63,953 nt of DNA, filler included, from Octopus bimaculoides (GCF_001194135.2; 8 parts of 7 records of this genome joined end to end with filler, not necessarily neighbours in it); one strand, 5' to 3'; positions 50,953 to 63,953 are shown, numbered from the whole stretch's first letter. Translations and numbers: made by a program. The notes: generated by a model from the sequence alone, not told the origin.

Positions 50953-52930
50953 CACACAGAGAGCTATAGACAGATAGACAGATAATAGATAAATACTAAT
51001 TGATAAAGAAAACGTAACATAGATTTCGCCTATTCTATATTCAGTTCGACGATCGTTTGGACTCGTCCTGCAACCCTCTTTTATGGGTGGGATTTTGTGA
51101 ATCTAACTGTTGCATCATTCTGTGCAGTTTCTGTCGCATTATGCACATCCATAAATAGTAGATGTCCTGCTAGACACACTGAGATGTCCTAGGCATGTTG
51201 TTCGATATATATATATATATATANNNNNNNNNNNNNNNNNNNNNNNNNNNNNNNNNNNNNNNNNNNNNNNNNNNNNNNNNNNNNNNNNNNNNNNNNNNNN
51301 NNNNNNNNNNNNNNNNNNNNNNNNNNNNNNNNNNNNNNNNNNNNNNNNNNNNNNNNNNNNNNNNNNNNNNNNNNNNNNNNNNNNNNNNNNNNNNNNNNNN
51401 NNNNNNNNNNNNNNNNNNNNNNNNNNNNNNNNNNNNNNNNNNNNNNNNNNNNNNNNNNNNNNNNNNNNNNNNNNNNNNNNNNNNNNNNNNNNNNNNNNNN
51501 NNNNNNNNNNNNNNNNNNNNNNNNNNNNNNNNNNNNNNNNNNNNNNNNNNNNNNNNNNNNNNNNNNNNNNNNNNNNNNNNNNNNNNNNNNNNNNNNNNNN
51601 NNNNNNNNNNNNNNNNNNNNNNNNNNNNNNNNNNNNNNNNNNNNNNNNNNNNNNNNNNNNNNNNNNNNNNNNNNNNNNNNNNNNNNNNNNNNNNNNNNNN
51701 NNNNNNNNNNNNNNNNNNNNNNNNNNNNNNNNNNNNNNNNNNNNNNNNNNNNNNNNNNNNNNNNNNNNNNNNNNNNNNNNNNNNNNNNNNNNNNNNNNNN
51801 NNNNNNNNNNNNNNNNNNNNNNNNNNNNNNNNNNNNNNNNNNNNNNNNNNNNNNNNNNNNNNNNNNNNNNNNNNNNNNNNNNNNNNNNNNNNNNNNNNNN
51901 NNNNNNNNNNNNNTATATACACACACACACATACATAATATATACATATATGATACATACATATATTGCAACTGTAAGAATGTGTAAAACTTTCCAGAAG
52001 TTTATCATTTAAATATATATGAGTATGTCTAGATATGCAACTATATGCATGAGACTACATACATAAAACAAAACATATAAATCTGCACGTATACATACAT
52101 ACCATGCATACACACATACATACATGTACATACATACATGCATACATACGTACATACATACATACATACATACATACGAGAGTATTAGGCAATTTCATCC
52201 TTCTTTTCCTCAGGCAGCAGACTGGCTTTCAGTGAAATATGGCTGCTGTTTCTAAAAGGTCGACGAGAATATCTCTTTGGCTCGTAGTTTATTGTGGTTG
52301 GCCAAAGCCAGCTTCGGTCAGTTAACACTAGGACTGAAAACGTTCCACCCATGGCCGTTTTGTCTTGCATAATGAAGACTGCATTACTCAGTGTGTTATT
52401 ATTTTATGACAGTTTCATGTGATTTGATAGAATTTCACTGTTATTTCCTGCTGATCGAGTGACTGCATATATCGGTCTGTCTCAGGGAATGGTGAAGCAG
52501 AATCCTGTAGGTTTTGAACGTGGGATGCTTGTGATCAAGTTCCATACTGCAATGCATAATAAAATTTAGTGGCGTGACCATATTCTTATGCTACTCTTTG
52601 GTCTGAAGAAGTAATTCTATAGGAAAATAATGGTATTTTATAATGGAAGTAACTCTATATTTACTAAAACACAACTTCAAAAGCTTTCCTACTTCTATAT
52701 TACAAACAACGGGCGGAGGGGAGCGGAGTAGACTTGAAGGTAGTCACAAAGCAACAACAATAAAAAAAAGAAGTGTATATATATATACATATATATATAT
52801 GTAAATATATACAGACATATATATATATANNNNNNNNNNNNNNNNNNNNNNNNNNNNNNNNNNNNNNNNNNNNTTAATTAATTAANNNNNNNNNNNNNNN
52901 NNNNNNNNNNNNNNNNNNNNNNNNNNNNNA

Positions 52931-53300
52931 ATTAGTTGGGCTATGACCCTCTCTGTAACTTTCATAACCTGATCTAACAGCTTGATGCCTCTGTAATTAT
53001 TTGTATCTAAAGCGTCCCCTTTACCTTTGTAGCAGTTGACTATGATGCTGCTACACCAGTCATAGGGTATGACTCCTTCGTGTAACACCTGGTTCGTAAT
53101 ACGGGTGACTAGGCTATAGCCAACACTGCCAGATATTTTGAGCATCTCTGCAGTGATTCCTGATGGGCCGGGGGCTTTCCTGGTCTTCATACTCTTAATT
53201 GCTTTATCTACCCTGGTACTATCAACTCGGATAGCTGGTCCCTCTATTGGGTCGACATAAGGCAGGCTCTCTTTCTCCCATTCATTCTCTTTAGCATGTG
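52931..53300 (-). mobile_element. RTE-clade LINE fragment (RT N-terminal region), running into a gap
   Basis: Open frame KAIKSMKTRKAPGPSGITAEMLK...IPYDWCSSIIVNCYKGKGDALDTNNYRGIKLLDQVMKV, typical of non-LTR RT domains 0-1. Confidence 0.9.
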
Positions 53301-53357
53301 CAAAATTAAAAATATAAATTGGCGGCAATTTACCCATAGCACCCTGTGTATATATAT

Positions 53358-53389
<32 letters not shown>

Positions 53390-53410
53390 TGTATGTATAT
53401 ATAGTTTATA

Positions 53411-53587
53411 TCCATTTAAAAGAAGAAACCAAAATGGAGATAAGGAAGTTAATAATTGTTTATTATTAACAAATTTGTCATTTTCACTTCTTATGGCTGT
53501 AAGAAGCAAAGATGACCAATTTGTTAATAATAAACAATTATCATATTAACTTCCTTATCTCCATTTTCTCTTCTTCTTTTAAATGGA
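53411..53587. repeat. Long inverted repeat (arms about 83-88 bp, 6-nt loop)
   Basis: TCCATTTAAAAGAAGAA...CTTCTTA-TGGCTG-TAAGAAG...TTCTTCTTTTAAATGGA. Confidence 0.9.
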
Positions 53588-53721
53588 AATAAACTACATG
53601 CTTAATATGTATCTATTGTCTTAAGGGAATTTTATTCCTCCAAAACACTTGGTATTGAACCAGTATTTCCTTGGATGCAAGCATCCCTTCACGAAGTTAA
53701 CATATCCTCTAATTAAATATC

Positions 53722-54661
53722 ATCATCATTGTCATCATCGTTGTTTAACGTCTGCTTTCCATGCTGGCATGGGTTGGACGGTTTGACTGAGGACTGGCAA
53801 GCCAGAAGGCTGCACCAGGCTCCAATCTGATCTGGCAAAGTTTCTACAGCTGGATGCCCTTCCTAATGCCAACCACTCTGAGAGTGTAGTGGGTGTTTTT
53901 TATGTGTTACTGGCATGAGGGCCAGTCAGGTGGTACTGGCATCAACCACGCTTGAATGGTGCTTTTTATGTGCCACCAGCACAGGTGCCAGTCAGATAGC
54001 ACTGGCAATGACCATGCTTGAATTGTGCTTTTTACGTGCCACCAGCATGGGACCAGTCAAGCTGCACTGGCATTGACCACACTCAAATGGTGCTTATTAC
54101 GTGCCAGTCAGGCGGTATTGGCATAAGCTATGACAATGATTTCACTTGAATCAACAGGTCTTTGCAAGCCCAATGATTGAAGGGTACTCTTAAATGGGTC
54201 AGTTATGCTGCACTGGCAGAGGCCACAGCTATGGTCTCACTTGGCTTGCCGGGTCTTCTCAAGCACAGCATATCTCCAAAGGTCTCGGTCATTAGTCATT
54301 ACCTCCGTGAGGCCCAACGTTCAAAGGTTGTGCTTCACTGCCTCATCCCAGGTCTTCCTGGGTCTACCTCTTCCACAGGTTCCTTCTATTGCTAGAGTGT
54401 CACACTTCTTCACATAGCTGTCTTCATCCATACAAAACACATGACCGTACCAACATAGTTGTCTCTCTTGCACACCACATCTGATGCTTCTTATGTCCAA
54501 CTTTTCTCTCAAGGTACTTACACTCTGTCATGTATGCACACTGGCATTACACATCCAGCAGAGCATACTAGCTTCATTTCTTGCAAGCTAACGCATGTCC
54601 TCAGCAGTCATGGCCCATGTTTCACTGCCATGTAGCATGGCTGTTTGTACANNNNNNNNNN

Positions 54662-54722
<61 letters not shown>

Positions 54723-55322
54723 CACTGTCCGAGCGTGATCATTGCCAGATCAGCTGTCTGGCTTCCGTGCTAGTGGCCCGTAAATAGCCCCATTTGAGTG
54801 TGATCATTACCAGCGTCGCCTTACTGGCACGTTAGAAAATCATTCTAGGGAGGTCGTTGCTAGTGCCTCTGGACTGGCACCTGTGCAGGTGGCACGTAAA
54901 AAACACCATTTAGAGAACTCTAAAAAAACCCAGGCTATTCTTATTCTAGCAGCTACACTTTCAGAGCACCCACCCCCACTACTAACTTGGTCGCCCAGAT
55001 AGCGGAAGCTATCGACTACCTCTAGTTTTTCACCCTGGAATGAGATAGAAGTTGTTTCCTGTTTGTTTACAGTCTTTATTGCACCTGAACATCTGCCACA
55101 TACAAAAACTAACTTGCTAGTTAACCTGCCTTTGATATTGCTGCACCTCTTATGTGTCCATAGCTTGCACAGGGTACATCTTATAGAGTTACTACCTACT
55201 CCTTTTCTACATACTGAGCAGGGCCATCTACCTGAAGGGGTTTGTGTTTTATCTACCTTCCTACTTATTAGGATTTTGGTTTTAGCTAGGTTGACTCTAA
55301 GGCCCTTCGATTCTAATCCTTG
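53722..55322 (-). mobile_element. 3' part of a second RTE-clade LINE (RT C-terminus with PHD finger, 3' UTR, (GAT)n tail), interrupted at about 54651-54920
   Basis: Minus-strand translation QGLESKGLRVNLAKTK...EVVDSFRYLGDQ...RIRIAW (55322-54930), then AMLHGSETWAMT...LCWYGHV...GRGRPRKTWDE (54650-54320). A repetitive 3' UTR ends in a GAT-repeat tail near 53722. Confidence 0.9.
54722..54912 (+). mobile_element. Inverted fragment of the RTE 3' UTR inserted inside the RTE copy
   Basis: GCAGGTGGCACGTAAAAAACACCATTT closely matches the reverse complement of the UTR repeat at about 12146-12172 and 53960. Confidence 0.7.
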
Positions 55323-55993
55323 NNNNNNNNNNNNNNNNNNNNNNNNNNNNNNNNNNNNNNNNNNNNTTAATTAATTAANNNNNNNNNNNNNNNNNNNNNN
55401 NNNNNNNNNNNNNNNNNNNNNNTGCTTATACTCAAATGGTGTACGAAAATAGACATTACACATAGCTAATTTTGAATGATATATAAATGCATATATACGT
55501 ATTTATGCATCTATCTATGTTTATATGAATTTTACAATGTTACATTTGTACGTACATAGGAACGTCTCCCTGTCTGTATGTTTGCCTCCTTCTCTCTCTC
55601 TCCCACTCTCTCTCTCTTATATGTATATATACACGTAAATTTGTGTATGCATTTTTATATATGTATATATATATATATATATATATTTATTTATATATAC
55701 ATATGTATGTATACATACATATGTATATATGTATATATGCATACACCCACACACACACACACACACACACACAATAATATACACACACACATACATACAC
55801 ACACAAACACATGAATCAAATATAGTTTGATAGACAGCCAATCAAGTTAGAAAGATAAAGAGATAGCGGAAAACAGATAGAGTAAATACAGCATAAAGGC
55901 CAAGTGATAGAGAGATAAATTTAACTGCTTGACATCTTGCCAGTGGAGTAGAGAAAAAGACATCTTCATTTGCTAATTGCTTTTGCTGTAGGT

Positions 55994-56215
55994 TCAATTT
56001 AACTGTCCATCATGTATCTTGCATGGGATTGACTCTACATTGTTGTGAATCATGAATTTGGCAATAACAAGAATGTGACGCAGCATACAGACAGTGGTTA
56101 AGAGTATCTGAACCGGACCAACGAATGATCCTGTATATTTGCTTCCCGTGCAAGACACAGCAAGCCAAATTCGCCTTTGAGGATCAATTTCGAATCCCAA
56201 ACAATGTAACTGCAT
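55994..56215 (-). mobile_element. Possible Helitron helicase C-terminal relic
   Basis: LAVSCTGSKYTG....VQILLTTVC.....LVIA keeps the exact spacing of the PIF1-type LAFAMTINKSQGQ....VGIxLxxPCFSHGQLYVA motif. Confidence 0.45.
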
Positions 56216-56875
56216 TATTTGACGTAATGTACTTTTGAATATAATGTTTGAAGCTAAGATGATATTGTTATGGTGGGTAAACTTTGATGCAAGGTAAATT
56301 TAAAAAGTGCTGAACTTGTGCTACACGGTCACATCAGTAACGATAGCTACACAAATATTTAGGATAGATGCTGCGTACACTTCAATTAAAAAATTTAAAA
56401 GTCTATCTTCATATTTCAACTCCATTCTTCAGAGAATATTTACACAAATCCCAAATGCAATTTACACAATCTACTAAGGATGCACAGATGTACCGTTTCG
56501 TATTCATGTGGGGCGTGTCTTTTGCTAATTTTCTCATATCTTGCAAAGGATCGTTTGTTTTCAGAAACTTAGTCACCGAAAGAAGCGTTGCCCTATCACC
56601 TTATGCAGAACCTTAAACTTGTGGGAGGAAACGAAATAATTTACCTCGCACCAGATATCCAGCGTAGATGCTTGCAGCACAGTGTGCTGTGCTAAAGACT
56701 GAGAGCCGTAAGGTATCATTACACTATTAAGATGCTACACAAGATATATATGTATATATATATATATATATATATNNNNNNNNNNNNNNNNNNNNNNNNN
56801 NNNNNNNNNNNNNNNNNNNTTAATTAATTAANNNNNNNNNNNNNNNNNNNNNNNNNNNNNNNNNNNNNNNNNNNN

Positions 56876-56919
<44 letters not shown>

Positions 56920-56937
56920 ATGTGTGTATATATATAT

Positions 56938-56984
<47 letters not shown>

Positions 56985-57929
56985 TACACGAAAATACACG
57001 AACAGAGTGACGAAAAAAACAAACAACAGACTGACAGACAAAGAGACTAAGAGGGATGGAAAGAGAGAATGCGCAAGAATGTTAGGTAAATATACGACCA
57101 TTTTTGAAAATTCCTTTGGCCCGAAATTCAATAAATCTTGATTTTTAATGATATATTTATAAAATATTATGTGTTTCTTTCGGAGGTTACGTCGTTCAGT
57201 TTTCGTTGAGTTGATCGAAAATGCCTAAGCATTCATTCATCCCGTTTTCATATCCTTTAAGATTTCATAATAATGTAAACACATTTTTAAGCGTCGTTGT
57301 GTAAAGTAGATATGATTAAATTGGATGCTTTCTGTGAGAAGAAAAATAGATCAACCTGACTAGTTTTAACGTTTCCTTTTTAATTTTTTTATTGCTTCAT
57401 CAGAGATCTTTTCCTGATCAGAAAGTGAGTAGAACTGTAGTAGCTATTTATAGCAGATACAAACATGGTTTGAACTAAATTAGACAATCTGATTTGCATT
57501 AAGACGCAAGGACTAGCATAGTGAAGAATTAGTTAATAAAAATAATTGATTTAGATTTTTATTTATTCTAACGCTTTATAGTGCTTCCATTAATAAACAC
57601 ACAAGCAAACAGACAGGTATTTAGATAGAGGAATAGATGGACTGACGGACAGACTGATGAACACACACATATATTATATATACATGCACATACACACATA
57701 TACATACATACACATATACATACATAGAAATGTGTCTGTGGTGTGCGTGTATGTATGTATACACATACAGGCATACATATATGTGTGTGTGTGTGTATGT
57801 GTGTATGTCGATATACTGAAATATATGTTAGTTTATGTAAATGTATACGCATACATACACACGTGCTAACACATTTACACATAGTGACACAAGCAGAAGC
57901 ATATAGGTATATATACACACATTTATTAT

Positions 57930-58160
57930 AGTCTGTCTCTCCCTCTCTCACCTCTCTCACCTCTCTCACACTCTCTCTTTTTATCTTTCTCTTTCTCTCT
58001 CCCACTCCCATCCCTCTCATCCTCTCACTCTCTCTCCTAACTCTCTCACCCTCTCACTCTCTCTCTCTCTTTCTCTCTTCCTCTCCCATCTCTCTCACTC
58101 TCTCACTCTTTCTCTCTTTCTCTTTCTCCTTCTCTCTTTCTCTCTCCTTCTTCCATCTCA

Positions 58161-58209
<49 letters not shown>

Positions 58210-58500
58210 TCTCCTATCCCTCGCATCCTCTCTCTCTCTTTCTCTCTCTCCCAACTCTCTTTCTCTCTCTCCCAACTCTCTCACCCTCTCACACACACAC
58301 ACTCTCTCTCTCTCTCTTTCTTTCTCTTTCCCTCTCCCAACTCTCACCCTCTCGTTTTCTATCTCTTTTTTTCTTTTTCTTTCCCTCTCTCTTTCTCTTT
58401 TTCTCTTTTTCTTTCTCTCTCTCTTTCTCTCGCCTTCTCCCATCTCTCTCTCACCCTCTCCCTCTCTCCCTCTCTCTCTTTCTTTCTCTCTCTCTCTCTT
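57930..58500. repeat. Long (CT)n-rich polypyrimidine tract, representative of dozens of (CA)n, (TA)n, (ATAC)n, (ATCT)n, (AAT)n, (CAT)n and (GTA)n microsatellites in the window
   Basis: Direct reading of the sequence; most N-gaps are flanked by such tracts. Confidence 0.95.
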
Positions 58501-58996
58501 ATCTTACTTCATCCGAGTCAAGTGCAACTTTGACGGACTTCTCAAACGTTGTTAGTATTATGTTACGGTGTGCAGTGTCTGTATTTGCTTGTATGTGTAG
58601 TGAGGTAGCGACTGCACCCATACTGTGTGTATATGAGCGGCCTGCATGTGTGTGAAGGTGCGTGCTTGCATGTGTGTGTATTTGAACATATATATGTGTG
58701 TGTATGTGTGTTTATACGTATATGTATGTATATTTGAACATATATATATATATATATGTATATATATATGTATTTGTATGTGTATTTGAACATACATGTG
58801 CATGTATGTGTATGTGCACGTGTATTTGAACGCGTATATGTGTATGTATACATATGTGCATGTGTATGTGTGTATGTATGTGTATCTCTCCGCAGTTCTA
58901 CAGTCTGTTGTGAGGTTTCGGATGAGGCAACCAAAATGCCATTAAGCAAATTAAGGATTAGAACTGCAAACGACATGACATAAGAGATGAAGAGAT

Positions 58997-59052
<56 letters not shown>

Positions 59053-59390
59053 GCCTCTCAGAATATAGTTCAGACACGAAGACAGAGAGGAAGAAAGAGA
59101 GAAAGAAGGAAAGGGGAAGGAAGAACGAGAGAGAAGGAGAGATCGTAAGAGCGGTTTCTCATTTGTTGAAGTGTAGATCTTACAAGTAAATTCCTTTGAT
59201 GCACAAATACAGAAAGCCTCATTTAAGGGTTTTATCGTGATCGAATACATTTTGTTATATAGGTTTATGTGGCTTGACTTTTTATGTTCATTGGCAAGGT
59301 ATGACCGCCTCCGCTTCCCGTGTTTATTGTTTGGATTCTCTAAGTTCTCATAATATTGCAAGATGCTCGCCCTTGCGGCGAATAAAGAAA

Positions 59391-59434
<44 letters not shown>

Positions 59435-59458
59435 CTAGTGGTGGTGGTGGTGGTGGTG

Positions 59459-59508
<50 letters not shown>

Positions 59509-60092
59509 TGAAATATTACACGCTATTTTCGTTAGCAGGGATGTGTCTTGAGATTTGGTGACGACAAGTCTCTCTCTCTCTCTCTCAATTCTCGAGAATC
59601 TTTCTAAGGATTCTTTACTGAATACAGGATTACACTTTGCCTGTGAGTCGACAACAGTTCGAGTCTCAATTATAACGTCGAGTCTCTTAGGTAGCCGTTT
59701 GAGTGTGCTGTGTCAAAGGCAAACAGTAACCACAGAAATAATTGTCACTTTTGTCTTGCACAATCTCTTAATCTCTCTTGTTAGGTCTTGATATTTGTCA
59801 ATGTTCGTCGATTCTTTTAATATCCATTCTTCTCTCATCTGGTATTGCAAAGTTTGTGATCTTAATCTCTTTCTTTCTTTTCCTTTTTTCGTTTTTTTTT
59901 TTCTTTTTGATCTCTACAATCATATTTGGTCTCCTTGCTTCGCAACAATTGTCAGTCTCTATGGAGAAATCCCATAAAATCCTTTAGTCATCATTCACCA
60001 TCAGTCTTTCGTTCGAATTCATACCAATTTTCTATCACTTTGAATCCACAAACTTCATTATTATTATTTTGTTGTTGTCGTTGTTGTTGTTG

Positions 60093-60156
<64 letters not shown>

Positions 60157-60277
60157 GGTTTTTCTCAGGCTCGGTCTTATTCTTGGTAGGATTTATGCGG
60201 GTAGCGGGTTACTACCTGTAACCTTAGATATCCACAAGTTTTCAGCAGCCTTTCAAGTGCTTAGAGCCCTTTTGATA

Positions 60278-60328
<51 letters not shown>

Positions 60329-60329
60329 T

Positions 60330-60403
<74 letters not shown>

Positions 60404-60416
60404 TATTATTGTTATT

Positions 60417-60872
60417 AAGGCGAAAGCTGGTAGTATCGTTAGCAGATTGAACATAATTCTTAGCGGCATTTCTACCGCCTCTATTCGTTTTGAGTTCAAA
60501 TTCCGCCGACTTCGACTTTGCCTTTCACCCTTTGGAGATCGATAATATAAGTACCAGTCAATCACTGGCTCGATGTAATCGACTTACCCACTTCCCTAAA
60601 ATTGGTGACCTTGTGCCAAAATTTGAAACCAGTATTGTTGTTGTTGTTGGTGTTGATGTTATTTACTAAGGCGGCGAGCTGGCAGAATCGTTAGCACGCC
60701 AAAAGAAATGCTTAGCAGTATTTCGTCTGCTGCTACGTTCTGAGTTCAAATTCCACCGAGGTCGACTTTGCCTTTCATCCTTTCTGGCTCGATAAAATAA
60801 GTACCAGTTGAACATCGGGTATTCGACTAGCCCCCTTCCCCAATTGCTGGTCTGGGCCAAAATTTGAAACCA
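60417..60872 (+). mobile_element. Two tandem SINE family A copies
   Basis: Heads at about 60417 and 60668. Confidence 0.9.
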
Positions 60873-61444
60873 TTATTATTGATTGCCGTAGCGATAAGCA
60901 TGTTTTTTTGTGTTGTTGTATTTTGCTCGGGTCAGGTCTTATTTCAGGCATATTACCAAACAATAAAAATATTATTCTTTAGATTACCTGCCAATCAGGA
61001 TTTTTATTGTGTATGTCTACCACAGGGGTCGGCAGAAAAAAAATGCCTTAGTCTTTAAAGATCTTAACTTCATTTGAGACATTTTCACGTTAAAATGGCT
61101 GTTAGACAAATACGAAACGCCTCTCGAGAAATCAAAAATATTGCAATAACACACGAAATAAACATCAGAGCAAACACAAATTGCATGAAAGAATGAACAC
61201 TTACAACAAAAGGGGGGGAAATGACGAGCTTTTAAATGAACAGTTAATAGAAAATTAACAGTTTAACAAATATTTCGTATGATAACGGTAACAACAATAA
61301 CAGCAGTAAAATTCGTGCACAGAAAATATGTCGTAGAATGCATATACTTACCACCGCGCGAGGTAGTCAGTTTTGCCTCTGTTGTATACACACGGAGTTT
61401 TTAGCCTGGAAGAGGTTTATAGAAGAATCATTGACAGACATACA

Positions 61445-61608
61445 GGCGCAGGAGTGGCTGTGTGGTAAGACCCTTTCTTACCAGCCGCATGGTTTCAGGT
61501 TCAGTCCCACTGCATGGCACCTTGGGCAAATGTCTTCTACCATAACCTCGTACCGACCGAAGCGCCGTGAGTGGATTTGGTAGACGGAAACTGAAAGAAA
61601 CCCGTTGT
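61445..61608 (+). mobile_element. SINE family B, 5' half
   Basis: Head plus CORE-like motif to GACGGAAACTGAAAGAA. Confidence 0.88.
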
Positions 61609-61611
61609 GTT

Positions 61612-61712
61612 TTTTCTTGTCCCTCTTTTGTATCATCTGTCTGGATATTTTGTTGTCCCTCTTTTGTACCATCTGTCTGGATGTTTAGCGTTCTTGTCCC
61701 ATTTTTTGTATT
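61612..61712. repeat. Short tandem repeat of about 35-40 bp (2.5 units) following a SINE
   Basis: TTGTCCCTCTTTTGTAYCATCTGTCTGGAT occurs twice, followed by a partial unit. Confidence 0.75.
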
Positions 61713-61764
61713 CCTTTTTATATACATATGGCGGCGTACGTACATTTTGGTCTCTTATATGTAC

Positions 61765-61801
<37 letters not shown>

Positions 61802-62752
61802 AATTTTGTACGACTCTCTTATTCTTTTGTTCCTTCTTTCTATCAGCCCCTTCACACTTACTTCGTTCTTTCCACTCTTCTTTCTTTCGTTCCCCCTCTC
61901 TCACATTTCCTGGCTTTCTCTTCATTCTCACTTTCCCTCTTTCACTTCACTCTGTCCCTTTTTCTCTCGTCACTCCCTAATTCTTCTGTCCCTCTGCTTC
62001 TACCTTTCTTCTCTCCCCGCACATGACCGGTATTCGGCCAAGCCTGACCTTTCTTTCTTGGTTCGGCTACCATCCGTGCAACATCTATATTCCTCCCCAT
62101 GCCTGTCATCTCCCGTGTCCCTGCCGGAAGGCTTCACTTTCACACACGCCAGCTTAATTTAATTCGTCCTTAGTCGAAAGACACCTGTTGTTATATATAT
62201 ATATATATATATATACAAACACACTTAATTACACGTACATATGTATGTAAATATATAATAATGTACGCGTATAAAGATATTCTCCATAATGAAGCCATGA
62301 CAAATTATACACTGTCACTCAAGACTTTTATCGTCTGCCGCCGTCCCAGATATCAAAAATACGTTCATGTTGAGTAACGAATTACTGCTGAACGCCCGGA
62401 CAAACCTGTAACCTATATAATAGTGTTGAATAACTAGTTATGTGTGATAATTCGGCTAGCGAATAAATGGCGAGTATAGAACCTGTTTTATGTTGTCTTA
62501 TATTGCATTATGCTATGTTGCATTATACGATTAGTAACTCACTAATATAGTTCGGTGACTATGTAGGACTTATGGCTTACTGTCATCTTTATTGAATTAG
62601 TTCCGTGATGTATGTATGTTCTTGTGTACTTGTATACCTACACATATATATATATATAGTCAATCCAAACAAGCAAGAAAACAAAACAACGCGAGGCCGT
62701 GGTACAAGTACTGTATTATTGGACGCTCAAGAAAGGAAAGAAAAGAAAGAGG

Positions 62753-62783
62753 ATTTCACGTTTCGAGCGGAGCTCTTCATCAG

Positions 62784-62787
<4 letters not shown>
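62753..62787 (-). ncRNA. Minimal type-I hammerhead-ribozyme-like motif (canonical core, non-canonical GUG site)
   Basis: Reverse complement ATTT-CTGATGA-A-GAGC(TCC)GCTC-GAAAC-GTG-AAAT. Confidence 0.65.
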
Positions 62788-62816
<29 letters not shown>

Positions 62817-62944
62817 NNNNNNNNNNNNNNNNNNNNNNNNNNNNNNNNNNNNNNNNNNNNTTAATTAATTAANNNNNNNNNNNNNNNNNNNNNNNNNNNN
62901 NNNNNNNNNNNNNNNNTATATATATATATATATATATATATCTG

Positions 62945-63300
62945 TTTGTCTACCAATGTAGATGATGTGTTTTCAGGAGCAAAGATTGTGTAGAACTTTT
63001 GAGAAATGCTGATGACAGATAGTTGGTGCAAGTGTTTGCAACAAACTCGCGTCATCCCCTGAGTGAAATTGTCTTTGCCACAGCTAACACTCCAACCCAA
63101 ATTGGTAAGATAGTTGTGCTGATGACGTCTATTAAGGGAGAAATATATACCCACAGCTGTTATATAATCTTTAAGTTATTGGATTGTCCTATCTTTGATG
63201 ATATATCAACTGTGGATAATTCTTGAGAGTATTTCATCTTCACGTTTATAGTTGGTACCAAATGCAGCCAAATGATTGATCTGCCATCTCTGGAAACAAA
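62945..63300 (-). mobile_element. Possible highly decayed Penelope-like C-terminal relic
   Basis: Fragments ILSRIIHS*YIIKD, SCGK...CCKHL and, in a shifted frame, IIYIGRQT follow the order seen upstream of PLE GIY-YIG domains. Weak similarity only. Confidence 0.35.
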
Positions 63301-63486
63301 GATAATTGCAATAAATCAAGAATCTATCTTCTCTGTTATTTAATATACGCTTAACCGACTTAGTTGTTCAAAGACAGGCCACTAGGCATTCGCGACAACA
63401 TCGCTTTGCGCATTTTCGTTTCATTCATATATTTCATACGTGTATAGTGAATAAATATGTACATGTATACGCACACGAATGTACAC

Positions 63487-63573
<87 letters not shown>

Positions 63574-63704
63574 CGTATATATGTATATGTGCGTACGTAT
63601 ATATATATATATATATATATAAATGCATATTCACTCCCTTTCTTTCTCTTTCTTTCCATCTCTCTCTCTTTCTCTCTCCCTCTCTCATTCACTATTTCTC
63701 TCTC

Positions 63705-63747
<43 letters not shown>

Positions 63748-63914
63748 GCCTCACTCTCTCTTTCTCTCACTCTCTCATGCTCTTTCAGTCTTTCCTTGCC
63801 TTATTATGCCTGCCAGTAACACATACATATACACACCGGTTTGTTATTTAGAAATTCTTAGTTTCTCACCCTGATTGTGTCTCTCCCTCACCTACTCTCT
63901 GTATATATACACAC

Positions 63915-63953
<39 letters not shown>

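Noticed and set aside
58951-59361. 136-aa minus-strand ORF and a nearby CAG acceptor-like site at about 58895
   Set aside because: A third of it is (CT)n translation, there is no recognisable domain, and no consistent donor-acceptor pair was found.

Overview
AT-rich, gapped animal genomic DNA dominated by microsatellites and decayed transposons. The repeat families and microsatellite density resemble an Octopus draft assembly; this is inference from pattern recall, not a database hit. I cannot support any host protein-coding gene: almost all listed ORFs are translations of N-gaps or simple repeats. Supported content: three tRNA-derived SINE families (about 25 copies); a near full-length decayed RTE LINE with three C-terminal C2H2-like fingers (24.5-28.2 kb); a second RTE family with a PHD-type finger in its RT (52.9-55.3 kb, plus isolated 3' tails); RTE, R4/Dong-like and Penelope-like fragments; mariner/Tc1, hAT and possible Helitron relics; several MITE-like hairpins; and a 2.4-kb tandem duplication of mosaic identity. 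The most interesting signal is a set of minimal type-I hammerhead-ribozyme-like motifs (CTGAnGA-stem II-GAAAC-GTH with stem I closure). They occur in short non-autonomous repeats, in a tRNA-headed element and at the 3' end of a Penelope relic, suggesting a retrozyme-like system. Self-cleavage activity is untested, and most copies deviate from the canonical core or cleavage triplet.
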